This document shows, one piece after another, positions 36,882-47,027 of a stretch of DNA of 64,000 nt. The notes under the pieces were generated by a model, which saw only the letters and a program-made list of their open reading frames with translations, was not told the DNA's origin and made no database searches. The stretch lies in the IMG/VR virus record IMGVR_UViG_3300032242_001644, positions 1-64,000 of that record, one strand, 5' to 3'. Within the stretch, counting starts at the first letter, position 1. Every line of letters starts with the position of its first letter. The DNA comes from a virus. The position numbers and the translations under genes are program-made.

Positions 36882-38501
36882 ATTCAGTTCTTTTATGACG
36901 GTCAAATTAGACGATATGTAACACAATTTATGCGCATCTTCATTGGGTTTAAGACTCAAGCAGGCGATGGCACACTGAGACAAATTCCAGTAATGTACGG
37001 TGACATGACCAAACAAGTTGCCAGCATTATTAAAGAAAACAGCGAAAACAAAATGCCCAGTGTGCCTCGTATTGCCTGTTACATCACTGGTATTGAAATT
37101 GCACGTGACAGACTAAGTGATTCAAGTTTTGTCAGCAAGTTAAACATTAGAGAACGTGCTTATACCACTGCTGCGGGCAACATTGAGTACGAAAATTATC
37201 AAGGTGGTGGCTATACTGTTGAGCGTTTAATGCCAACTCCGTACAAGTTGACAATGAAAGCAGACATCTGGACCAGCAACACTGACCAAAAGTTACAGGT
37301 CATGGAACAGATACTAATGTTGTTTAATCCTAGTTTAGAAATACAAACTACGGACAACTATATTGACTGGACCAGTCTAAGTGTGGTCGATCTAACTGGG
37401 ACAAATTTTACCAGTAGATCAATTCCAGTTGGGTCTGCCGACGATATTGATATTTGTTCTTTAGACTTTGAAATGCCTATTTGGATCAGTCCTCCTACCA
37501 AGGTCAAGAAACTTGGTGTTGTTAAAAACATTATTATGAATATTTTTGGTGAGCAAGGTGATGTTAGTGACCTGTCTAATATATTGTTTAATGATCCAAA
37601 TGCACAGGCCACATCAACTCCGGGTAATTTTGGAGTAATATTACTCAAGGCCAATAATGGTCAGCCTCATGACTATAATGTTGAAGTGTTAGATGCCAAT
37701 GAAGCAGTAAGTGAAGTAGGACTTGAAGCGCCCACTAAACAAAGTTATCGTATTGATTGGCATAAGGTTCTTGAACTGTACGGCGGTTATCAGCCAGGTA
37801 TCAGCCAGATATTTTTTAGACAACCTAGCGGCAATGAACTAGGCGGAACTTTCACAGTTAATGAAATAGATCCGTCGTTTATCGTTGTTACTATTGACCC
37901 TGATACAATACCCACTAATTCGTTAGGTGCAATTACCGCAATTATTGACCCTTATAAATTTAATCCCATTGCAACATTTGGCAGTAAAGCTGATATACCG
38001 CAAGGCACACGCTACTTAATTCTTGATGATATTAACATATTAGAAGACAGGTATTGGACCACAGAAGTTCGAAGAGTAAATGCACTTACTAGCCAATTTG
38101 ATCTTGCAGTTCCATTCTCATCACTGACTGCCTATCAGGTGTTTGTTGAAAAGACCGAAGTGATTTCATCGGTTGTTGAACACAACGGCAATGTTAGAGT
38201 TGTTCTTGATACTGCGGTTCAGAATGCCAAAGTTACAATTAAAACCATGACAGGTTATGACGGCCCAGATGCTTGGAAAAATACCGATATGACTGACACG
38301 GTGGTTGCTGCTAATTCTGTAATTGAATGGAATGGTGCCAAATGGGATGTGGTGTTTGTTCCAGGCCCAGTGGTTAATCCAATCTATACTACAAATGCAA
38401 AAACTGGTATACAGTACAAATGGGATGGAGAGCAATGGGTCAAGAGTTTCGAAGGCGAATATGCCAGCGGATACTGGCGATTCGTTCTTGACCCAGTATA
38501 A
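36882..38501 (+). CDS. gp15: Tail sheath stabiliser/terminator (gp15-like) with C-terminal extension
   Basis: IPVMYG, VPRI, PTPY, QVMEQIL..FNP. The frame extends upstream of ATG 36930 through QFFYDGQIRRY to ATT 36882; true start uncertain. Confidence 0.8.
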   Translation: MQFFYDGQIRRYVTQFMRIFIGFKTQAGDGTLRQIPVMYGDMTKQVASIIKENSENKMPSVPRIACYITGIEIARDRLSDSSFVSKLNIRERAYTTAAGNIEYENYQGGGYTVERLMPTPYKLTMKADIWTSNTDQKLQVMEQILMLFNPSLEIQTTDNYIDWTSLSVVDLTGTNFTSRSIPVGSADDIDICSLDFEMPIWISPPTKVKKLGVVKNIIMNIFGEQGDVSDLSNILFNDPNAQATSTPGNFGVILLKANNGQPHDYNVEVLDANEAVSEVGLEAPTKQSYRIDWHKVLELYGGYQPGISQIFFRQPSGNELGGTFTVNEIDPSFIVVTIDPDTIPTNSLGAITAIIDPYKFNPIATFGSKADIPQGTRYLILDDINILEDRYWTTEVRRVNALTSQFDLAVPFSSLTAYQVFVEKTEVISSVVEHNGNVRVVLDTAVQNAKVTIKTMTGYDGPDAWKNTDMTDTVVAANSVIEWNGAKWDVVFVPGPVVNPIYTTNAKTGIQYKWDGEQWVKSFEGEYASGYWRFVLDPV

Positions 38502-38911
38502 TGCATAAAGAGATAGATACTAGTATGCAAAAACATGCTGGTATCTTATTCTTATCTAAACAAACCTCCAAGGTCCTGATCATCCTTGAGGACACAAAAT
38601 GGACAGTGCCCACATTCACACGCACAGATGTGGTGTTACAGGATGCTGCTCCTATAATTGAACTCTACTACAACAAACCTGCTAAGTTAATTCCTTTAGA
38701 ATTATATGTCAGCAGTGACAGCGGTTTTGAATTTTCCACCTACGTGTGTCTTGTAGATAGTGAGTTCACAATAGAAAAATGCCCAACATATTGCTGGGCA
38801 AGTTTTGATCAATTACCTAAGAATCTTCACACTGGCTTAAAAACCACATTGACCAACAAGGTTATTAACGATAAAATTAATACCATGTTGGTCGTAGCCA
38901 AACAACTTTAA
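38501..38911 (+). CDS. Degenerate Nudix-fold protein
   Basis: AGILF..K...L...W and YCW....LP..LH pattern but no GX5EX7REUXEE box. Confidence 0.5.
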   Translation: MHKEIDTSMQKHAGILFLSKQTSKVLIILEDTKWTVPTFTRTDVVLQDAAPIIELYYNKPAKLIPLELYVSSDSGFEFSTYVCLVDSEFTIEKCPTYCWASFDQLPKNLHTGLKTTLTNKVINDKINTMLVVAKQL

Positions 38912-41900
38912 GCCTGCGCTTCGCCCCAACGTAGAATAACGTTAACTGGGGTATTTGAGCCGCTGACCTTGTACACGTTAATGGCCAATACGTCTGGACC
39001 ATTAGGGAATGTACCGCGTCCACCAATTGCGGTTGATGTCATTTCTTTCAATCCTGATAAGTCTAGCGTATCAGTATTGCCTGGGTTACTAACGAATGAG
39101 AAGACTTGCTCACCCGGCAATGCATATGCTGATCCAAACTGGAATACTGGCGTTGCACCTGCTGCAATAGTTGCATTGGATGTTTGTGTAAATGTCACAC
39201 GATAAACAGTTGTTGCACCAAACGTTCTTGTTGCGGTTGCAGCTACGGATGTACCAGCTGGGAACTGTGTATAGTTAGTTGCAATTTTAGTTCCAAGGTT
39301 GGCACCGCTTGATGTCCAAGATGCACTGGTAAAGAACAAGTAGTTGGTAATTACATAGTTGGCTGCAGAACCTGCTGCTGTCACTGTAACAGTTTGGTCG
39401 TTGCTCGCACCTGATGCACTAGTGGCGTTTGCCGCAGCACTCATAACAACTCTTGTATAACTTGTACCGCCAATGTTAATATAACTTGGAGTAATTGTTT
39501 GAATTGTTTGAGATCCAGTTATATAAGTTGCCAAAGATAACGAATCACTAGTTGCAATACCGCTTGATGCATATTGTGTATCAGTGATTAAGAAATCAGT
39601 TCTAGCAGTATTTAATGCACTTCCGTATGTTGATGTTGCCGCTGAAGTAGCAGTGATTGTAATATTATTTCCAGATCCTGCTGTAGATGTATTATTTGCA
39701 GGACCGCTCATAATAACCTGTGCATATGACACGCCACTAATTGTAGTAAAGTTAGAAACAACGCTTGAGATTGTATGAACTGTTGTAATAAATGTTGCCA
39801 CTGATAGACTATCAGTAACTGATATTGTTATACTGGATAACTGCGATTGCGTTATTAAGAAATCTGTTCTTGACGCACTTAACGCTGTATTATAACGAGC
39901 AGCCACTGAACTTGTTATTGATGCAGTAAGATTTTGTGCTCCATTTGACACTGCGGCCGGACTTGTTCCATTTGCTACCGCAGACATAACAATACGAGTA
40001 TACGGGATACCAGCTAGTGTAATATAGCTGTTAGTAATAGATACAATAGTTTGTCCACCAACTACATAACCGGGTATGTTAATACCATCTCCAGTTGATA
40101 ACGGGGTAGTAAGGCCGGAAATTATTGAATTAGCAACTAGAAAATCTGACCTTGCAGTACTAACAGCACTGTTATATACTGGACTTGTAGAGGCTGCAAA
40201 ACTAGCCGCTGTAATTGTTTGCACTACTGGATTAAATGATATCGCAGTCAATGATGCAGTAATTGGTGCAAAACTCTTGGCTGTTAGCGTGGTTGTAAAT
40301 GCGCCTTGTACTATGGCTGTTGCTGTTGATACATTACCGCCCCATGTTACACTACCGCCGGATGCAACTTGAGCAAAACTTGGCTGTCCACCAGCACCTA
40401 ACGAGTTCAATCCAGTCCAGGTGATCAATGTAGGATCAGTTGGATAGTTAATTGGATTCAAAATACCTTGAACAATAATTGCGCCGCCGCCTGACACTGT
40501 GTCAGATGTAATGGAAATACCCGATAACAATAATTGCGCACGATTTAGCAATTCTCTTACACCCAAGTCACCAGTTTGTGCGTTTGATACACTGGGTGCT
40601 AGACGAATTAAGAAAGCAGTATTAGTGCTAGTACTGGCGCTAACTCCGGTCGCTGCGTAGTTAAAAATGTATCCACGATCGCTGTCAAACTGACCGTCAA
40701 TCATGTATGCACTACCCCAGTGACTGATTAACGGAGTAATTGTATTACTGATTAGGATAACACCAGCATTTACATTATGACTTGCTGCGGGACTTCCTGT
40801 AAATGTTCGTTGGGCACCTGCTGCAAACTGTGATAGACTAGAACCGCGTGAACAACCAACTAGGCTAGTACCGTTGTTTGCTGTATATGAAATTAATTCA
40901 CTGTCAACAACTACTGTTCCTGCAGGTGGAAAGTAGTATGCATTAGTTAGTGGCAATACTGTGTCTGATGCGGTGATCGCTGCGGATAATTTATCTTTTG
41001 CACCTTCGTTGATAACTTCGTAGCGAACTGGTTGGTTACCTGAACGCATGTAAGCCTCGATGTTGTAGTTGCTGTTACGGAAACGATGCACGAATACATA
41101 ATTACCGTCGGATCCTCTAAGCATAAAATCAATAAATCCAGCACCATACCACGTGTGTTGGATACCAATCATCTGCATTTTAGTAACATCGATATTATAA
41201 CCACTATCACCTCGGCCGTCTGCTGTGTCTCTATTCCAATAGGCCTGCGGCACTATTAGATCGTTAGTTTTGGCCATTTTGGCAGAAGTTAAATCAATAG
41301 TTCCTCGATAGTCAGGACTAACTGTTAGACTTGTGTTGCTGTTAATTTGTGTTACCACATGACTCATACCGCGAATAACAACTCTATCACCTGCGGCAAG
41401 TTGTTCTGTAAATCTTGTACCAGTACCGGTGACTTGGTTTGAGTTTGCAGCAAGTGCAATAGATCCAGCTACTTGAAATGTACTTGAACGTTTTACAACG
41501 GCTAATTTTTGTCCGTCGTATTGCCAGAACATACCGTTTTGGTCGTCAAAAATACCTGCACGAACTGTTGAACCGTGCCATGATCTAACACTTATAACAC
41601 AAGGATTACCAATAGATGCTGTGGTAGCGCCCAGAGTTTGTTGTGCAATTATTGTTAAAATACGTTCGGTTAAAATACTAAACACAGTATAGTTACCGTT
41701 GTATCCCGATGTAATTACACCGCTGATGCTAATTCCGCCGTTAACTTGACAGCCGTGATCAACGTCGTCTAGAACAACAGTTATAACACTACCTACGCCC
41801 GTTCCCGAAGAAGTGATACTTGCAATGTTATAACTAGGTGCAAATAATGCACCAGTGTTATACATAACACCTTTACCCGATTGATACCGAATATACTTCT

Positions 41901-44436
41901 TACTCATACGGATTGCAGTTGCACCGTGTGTTGGGCCACCAGTTCCTAACATAACACCGCCGTCGAACGGTCTGTGAATAAAGAAACTGTCTGGTCTACC
42001 GTAAACGTATCCAGTTAACGTATTATTGATTGTACCAGCTGCTCTGGCAGTGTACAAGAATGTGTTAGATGCAGGCACTTGTTCAACAAAGAACGGACCT
42101 GCTGCTAGTTGTGCTCCTGTGTCCGAACTGGTAATTTGAATTGTAACAGTATTACCTGGTACAAATCCGTGTGGTGCTGGAAAGGTAACTTGGATAGTTG
42201 AAATTGCACTATAGGTGATTCCAGTATTGGCATTGGCTATTTGTGCTGTGGTATTTGCATTTAATGTAAATGCACTGATAAAATTAATTGTTCCTGCTGT
42301 GATAGGGGTTCCAGTTATTGAAACAGACTGTATTAATCCGCCTGTGGAAATTGCAGAAATTTGAATAGTGGCATCGTTATTTCCGTCTACAATTGTAACA
42401 ACATCATTCTGCGCATACCCTCTACCTGAAGCAACAATAGTTACAGTATCAATTACGCCGCCTGTTGTTGCAATAGCAACTGTTAGGCCAGTACCTAGAC
42501 CAACGTTGGTTGTGGTAAATGTACCATCAACGTAACCTGTGCCTGGTACTAAGGAAGCAGAGCTAAGTGATAGTACAGAATTTAATGCACTGGCTGCGGT
42601 AACAATTATTGATGCATCGTTTGTTGTACTTGCTCCACCCAACAGTGTTCCTGCGGCCGTTAGGGTATTTCCTGAAACATAACCAGTTCCTGGGTTTACA
42701 ATTTGTGCAGTGTAGGCAGTTCCATTTCTTAATATGTTAAAAACTGAATTACTACCGTTGCCGCCTGTCGGTGCAACATTTGAATATGTTTGTGTACTAC
42801 CAGTAATTGTAGTGGCTAATGAACCGCTTAACGAAACAGTGCTACCAACAACGCTGGTTACTAGCAATGATTGTCCGTCACCTCGGTCAATTACCAAACC
42901 TGGACTAATAGAAGCTGTATTGTCAATCGTAATTGAGTTGGCACCGGATGTTGCTGTTACAGTCAATGTAGTACTGGCCACGGTTCCGCCTGAACCAGTT
43001 ACTGCTGTGATCTGTGTTCCTGCAGCAATGCCTGTTCCAGTCAACGGTGCGCCCACAGGAGGTGCACTTCCGCTAAATCCAATAAAGTTTGTACCAGATG
43101 CTGAAATCAAACTAGTGGTAATAGTTCCAGATGCTCCTGCTGAGTATACGGAAAAATTAGGAATACCAACGCTGGCGCCTGTATAATATGCACCAGTTCT
43201 TAACTGAGTATAGTTTGTACTAAGTACATCACCGTTGTTTGTACCTACCTTGGACTTGGCATAGTAGGTAAATTGAGTAGCAGAAACAACAGAGTTAACT
43301 AAAAAACTTCCTTCTGCACGACTGAATCCTGATACCGAAACAGCCAATGCTTTAATAGTAAATGGTTGATTAACTGTAAAATTATGAGCATTTTGTGTTG
43401 TGACTGTGATTAAACTAGATCCAGACCCACTAGTTCCTGACGATGCATCTGTAACTACGTTAATAACTGGTTGATCACTGTTTGGAATTTCATAGATTGA
43501 TGGATAATTTCTCATCAATGCAATTGTTTGCCACTTGGTTGGCTGTAGTCCGTATTCAAAGTCAGCGTCAAGCATACTTTGTGGAATACCAACTTTCATA
43601 CGTTCCATTGCGTCACTGGCAATTGGATTTAATTTAACAACCTGTGCAGGTCCTTCAACAAATACCTGAAGAGTATCTGACAACATCATGCCGCTAGTGT
43701 CAAAATCAAAATAGATTGTTGTTACTTTATCAGCACCGTATAATGCACCAGGAAAATCACTGTCATAACTTTCGCTGGTAGTAAGTTCAATAGGATATGC
43801 AGGGTCTGCAAAATTATAAATGATTGTATTTTTAGTAGTGTTTGTTATTAACAATACATCTTCTTGGTGGTACATTCCCGGAATTTTTACATAACCACGA
43901 TTTGTTGATACTGCAGGGATCGTTGTTGTTCCACTTGTTGCACTGTTAACAATAATGCCAGATAGGGTGCTTAGTGCTGCTCCGACGCCGGTTTCTGCCA
44001 CATATCCGTTGTTGATTACTTGAGATACTGTGCTTTGTAGATAGCTAAATGCTGTATTAGATAAAATATAATTTTTTATTAAATTATTAATATAATTGTA
44101 TGTTGCTGCTTCTGGTGCTGGAGATACCAGTTCGACACCATATTGCCAGAATTTAGTAGCATTGGTAGTGGTCAACATGTTTGAACCATGACGCAAATCA
44201 CTGATGTATCCGTCAATTATTCCGCTAATCTCTTTTCTTAATAATCCAAGATCGTAAACATAATTTGCATAAGGTTGCACACTAAATGATACGTTACGTT
44301 GAATAAATGCAATTGCTTCTTCTTGTACAAACTTTTTGTTTGCATTAATTAAGAATCTTGCGTTAGGATATAAACTTGTTGTAGGTGCCGCTGTTCCGGG
44401 TACAAATTTATAAGTTGATATCTGCTTCTTTGCCAT
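38908..44436 (-). CDS. Large virion fibre/structural protein (1842 aa)
   Basis: T/S/G-rich beta repeats, DADFEYGLQPTKW, WYGAG lectin-like core; SD GGAG. Confidence 0.75.
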   Translation of the reverse strand: MAKKQISTYKFVPGTAAPTTSLYPNARFLINANKKFVQEEAIAFIQRNVSFSVQPYANYVYDLGLLRKEISGIIDGYISDLRHGSNMLTTTNATKFWQYGVELVSPAPEAATYNYINNLIKNYILSNTAFSYLQSTVSQVINNGYVAETGVGAALSTLSGIIVNSATSGTTTIPAVSTNRGYVKIPGMYHQEDVLLITNTTKNTIIYNFADPAYPIELTTSESYDSDFPGALYGADKVTTIYFDFDTSGMMLSDTLQVFVEGPAQVVKLNPIASDAMERMKVGIPQSMLDADFEYGLQPTKWQTIALMRNYPSIYEIPNSDQPVINVVTDASSGTSGSGSSLITVTTQNAHNFTVNQPFTIKALAVSVSGFSRAEGSFLVNSVVSATQFTYYAKSKVGTNNGDVLSTNYTQLRTGAYYTGASVGIPNFSVYSAGASGTITTSLISASGTNFIGFSGSAPPVGAPLTGTGIAAGTQITAVTGSGGTVASTTLTVTATSGANSITIDNTASISPGLVIDRGDGQSLLVTSVVGSTVSLSGSLATTITGSTQTYSNVAPTGGNGSNSVFNILRNGTAYTAQIVNPGTGYVSGNTLTAAGTLLGGASTTNDASIIVTAASALNSVLSLSSASLVPGTGYVDGTFTTTNVGLGTGLTVAIATTGGVIDTVTIVASGRGYAQNDVVTIVDGNNDATIQISAISTGGLIQSVSITGTPITAGTINFISAFTLNANTTAQIANANTGITYSAISTIQVTFPAPHGFVPGNTVTIQITSSDTGAQLAAGPFFVEQVPASNTFLYTARAAGTINNTLTGYVYGRPDSFFIHRPFDGGVMLGTGGPTHGATAIRMSKKYIRYQSGKGVMYNTGALFAPSYNIASITSSGTGVGSVITVVLDDVDHGCQVNGGISISGVITSGYNGNYTVFSILTERILTIIAQQTLGATTASIGNPCVISVRSWHGSTVRAGIFDDQNGMFWQYDGQKLAVVKRSSTFQVAGSIALAANSNQVTGTGTRFTEQLAAGDRVVIRGMSHVVTQINSNTSLTVSPDYRGTIDLTSAKMAKTNDLIVPQAYWNRDTADGRGDSGYNIDVTKMQMIGIQHTWYGAGFIDFMLRGSDGNYVFVHRFRNSNYNIEAYMRSGNQPVRYEVINEGAKDKLSAAITASDTVLPLTNAYYFPPAGTVVVDSELISYTANNGTSLVGCSRGSSLSQFAAGAQRTFTGSPAASHNVNAGVILISNTITPLISHWGSAYMIDGQFDSDRGYIFNYAATGVSASTSTNTAFLIRLAPSVSNAQTGDLGVRELLNRAQLLLSGISITSDTVSGGGAIIVQGILNPINYPTDPTLITWTGLNSLGAGGQPSFAQVASGGSVTWGGNVSTATAIVQGAFTTTLTAKSFAPITASLTAISFNPVVQTITAASFAASTSPVYNSAVSTARSDFLVANSIISGLTTPLSTGDGINIPGYVVGGQTIVSITNSYITLAGIPYTRIVMSAVANGTSPAAVSNGAQNLTASITSSVAARYNTALSASRTDFLITQSQLSSITISVTDSLSVATFITTVHTISSVVSNFTTISGVSYAQVIMSGPANNTSTAGSGNNITITATSAATSTYGSALNTARTDFLITDTQYASSGIATSDSLSLATYITGSQTIQTITPSYINIGGTSYTRVVMSAAANATSASGASNDQTVTVTAAGSAANYVITNYLFFTSASWTSSGANLGTKIATNYTQFPAGTSVAATATRTFGATTVYRVTFTQTSNATIAAGATPVFQFGSAYALPGEQVFSFVSNPGNTDTLDLSGLKEMTSTAIGGRGTFPNGPDVLAINVYKVSGSNTPVNVILRWGEAQA

Positions 44437-44464
44437 TTAAATCTCCATGAGTTTCTGTTTACTA

Positions 44465-45067
44465 TTAACCTAATGCTACACTTAAGGCAATCGTTAATAG
44501 TTTAATATTTGAACCGCCAACTGTTAATGTTCCGGCCACTGTGGTATTTCCTGCAACACTAACGTTGCCGCCTAGTGCTGTATCATTGCTGGTTGTCAAT
44601 GAGGTAAAATTGCCAGCAGCAGGATTTATAGTTCCTATGGCAATGTTATCAATTGTTCCTTCGTTGGTTGGATTAAAAGCAAGATCTCCAGATACACTTA
44701 ATGTTGTAAATGTTCCTGAACCGGGTGTTGTTGAACCAATGTTTACTTTGTCTATTGTTCCCACAACTGAAGAAGAATTAATTATAACTCTTCCTGATAA
44801 CGTTGTAGTTCCAGATACTGTTAATCCGGATAAGGTTCCTAAGCTGGTTAAACTGCTGTTTGTAACAGTTGAACCTAGAGAGTTAGTACTAATTAGTAGA
44901 GTATTGCCGCTTGATATAGATCCGGTTGACAGTGATAGTGTTCCGCCCAGCGTAAAATTATTAGTTAAACTGAGGTTACCGTTTGCATCAACAATAAATC
45001 CTGGGCTAACAAAGCCCGTAGCGGATCTTAACGGGTCTATTGTAAACGGACTAACTAAATTTGCCAT
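44465..45067 (-). CDS. Fibre-like protein
   Basis: SSLTSLGTL and IG.T.P..G.FT.L repeats; TATAAATA at 45089-96. Confidence 0.7.
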   Translation of the reverse strand: MANLVSPFTIDPLRSATGFVSPGFIVDANGNLSLTNNFTLGGTLSLSTGSISSGNTLLISTNSLGSTVTNSSLTSLGTLSGLTVSGTTTLSGRVIINSSSVVGTIDKVNIGSTTPGSGTFTTLSVSGDLAFNPTNEGTIDNIAIGTINPAAGNFTSLTTSNDTALGGNVSVAGNTTVAGTLTVGGSNIKLLTIALSVALG

Positions 45068-45124
45068 ATTGATCTTCCTTATTAATTGTATTTATACGTT
45101 AGGTGTGTATGCTAATTTGTTAAT

Positions 45125-45589
45125 TTAAAAGTTTTTAATGTCAATTGCATCAATCGCTTCATGTGTTGTACATGCCAATACCTCAGCTTCTAACGCATTA
45201 CTAGCGTCTCGTATTGCTTGTCTAGTTTGTAACACCTCTAGCGTTTTAGAAGTTGTATTTTCCAGCTGATCCTGCTCTCTAGCTCTTTCTAGTTTCCAGT
45301 CTAATGCCATTATCTTTTCGGCGGCTTTATTCTTAATCTGCGGGATTTTTGATTCTTTGTGTTTTTGCAAAGAATCCGCTTCTTTATCTGCATTGTATTT
45401 TGCAACCTGCTGGGCCAGTGTTTTTCCCGGCATAGTATGTACAACTACGCCGTTGATCAATTTTAATGTGGCCAATAATTCTTTTGTCGGATCGTATGGA
45501 TATGCGTAACAGGTGGTGTGTGCCTCTGTTTCATTATCAAAATAATTAGTAGCTTCGTTGGTCAGTGTATCAAATGTGAGATATTTCAT
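45125..45589 (-). CDS. Putative fibre assembly chaperone
   Basis: Helical C-terminus DWK..R...RQAIRDASN.LE; follows the fibre genes. Confidence 0.55.
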   Translation of the reverse strand: MKYLTFDTLTNEATNYFDNETEAHTTCYAYPYDPTKELLATLKLINGVVVHTMPGKTLAQQVAKYNADKEADSLQKHKESKIPQIKNKAAEKIMALDWKLERAREQDQLENTTSKTLEVLQTRQAIRDASNALEAEVLACTTHEAIDAIDIKNF

Positions 45590-45601
45590 AATTGTCCTGT
45601 T

Positions 45602-47005
45602 TTATAAATCATTAAATGGTTTTGTATCATACATCAATGGTACAATACATGGGTAGTCTGTGCTGTTGTAATTACTACCAATAATTTGAGTAGCTTGAGT
45701 TCGTACTATATTTGCTCTTGCAGCATCAGCAGTTGTATTCATTAACCAATCACTGGCTATATGTTGAAAATAAAGTCCCGATCCGCCGTCTGCGTTCTCC
45801 CCATTTTGGCACATAAAATCGCTTTTGCCAATTGGCGTAAACTGATATCCTCGACTGTTAGGATGCTCAAAGTCATAGATGGTCTTGCCATCGCTCACAC
45901 GTATCAATGCACAATATACACCAGCTTGGTAATAGTAGCTGGCACAGTATGCGAGTACGTATCTACCATCAGAGCTAACCACAAATCTAATACCGTAATA
46001 TACACCTTGGTCAATACCATAACTAGTTGTATTGCTTGAACTTATGATTCCACCTTCAGCTAGTCCAGTTGTCCCCCAACGATGTACCCAGAATCCGTAA
46101 CTAGGAATCATCTGTACAAACACAATTTTACCGTTGTCGCACATAACCGGAACACCTCGGTAGTTGTCTTCCGTTCCTCCACTGTTAGTTGGAACTCCGG
46201 TGCTTGCCGCATACGTAGTACTATAATTACCCACTGTATTAAAATATGTATAAAGATTACTCGAAGTGGCTTGAGTAAATGCTGCTGCTTGTTCTATTGT
46301 TCCGTAAAATTCTCTGTTTGAATATTGACTTAGACGAGGAACACTACTATAAACTACCGGTTTGTGAACATAGCTACCATTACTTTCAATAATGCATAAC
46401 TGATTTGTTTTGGCATTGTAGCTAACACGGCCGTATCTAGTGTTAGCATATCCTGTATTTTTTGTAGTAACAGTGGCGTATCCTTCACCTACGTTGAATC
46501 GCTGCATGCCGTACCAGGTTGCACTTCTTGGTCCAATAGAAATGCTGGTACCGTTATTAAAAATAGCATATACTTGGTCTGACTCATTAACAATTGTACC
46601 CACATCTCTAAAGGCTTGAGCACGGTATGATAATTCTGTACTCTGTCTAACAAGATCGCCAGCAAATCCCGAACCCATTGCATGACTCATGTTACCTAAA
46701 AATCCTGCACTCGGTGCACCTTGACTAAAACAATCACTGGTGCTACCTGGCAAGCCAGCAGTGTATGCATATCTGCTGGCATAGTATCCGTCACTACTAA
46801 TTGCGCCTGTACTGGTCATCTGTGCTCCGCCACCACCTCGATTAGTGTTGGTAATCATAAATCTGCCTATGCAATTATAATTATGATCGTATATAGAATA
46901 GCCCCCATAACTGCCGCCGTTATTAGACCAAACTGCAAAAGCAGCCTGTAAGTATGCATTGCTTGGTGTATAATTTGTTAGTGTATTGCCCAGTAAAGTT
47001 GGCAT
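45602..47005 (-). CDS. Putative receptor-binding or virion protein (paralogue A)
   Basis: Shares FA.WSNNG, SYNAKT, EDNYRG.PVMCDN, SSDGRYVL and STDYP with the next gene. Confidence 0.6.
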   Translation of the reverse strand: MPTLLGNTLTNYTPSNAYLQAAFAVWSNNGGSYGGYSIYDHNYNCIGRFMITNTNRGGGGAQMTSTGAISSDGYYASRYAYTAGLPGSTSDCFSQGAPSAGFLGNMSHAMGSGFAGDLVRQSTELSYRAQAFRDVGTIVNESDQVYAIFNNGTSISIGPRSATWYGMQRFNVGEGYATVTTKNTGYANTRYGRVSYNAKTNQLCIIESNGSYVHKPVVYSSVPRLSQYSNREFYGTIEQAAAFTQATSSNLYTYFNTVGNYSTTYAASTGVPTNSGGTEDNYRGVPVMCDNGKIVFVQMIPSYGFWVHRWGTTGLAEGGIISSSNTTSYGIDQGVYYGIRFVVSSDGRYVLAYCASYYYQAGVYCALIRVSDGKTIYDFEHPNSRGYQFTPIGKSDFMCQNGENADGGSGLYFQHIASDWLMNTTADAARANIVRTQATQIIGSNYNSTDYPCIVPLMYDTKPFNDL

Positions 47006-47027
47006 TTATTGATTCCTTGAATTTATA

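Noticed and set aside
36342-36887. Group I intron removing the GIY-YIG ORF from gp15
   Set aside because: Only about 20 non-coding nt flank the ORF and no P7 or other catalytic core elements were recognisable; RT-PCR would be needed to exclude it fully.
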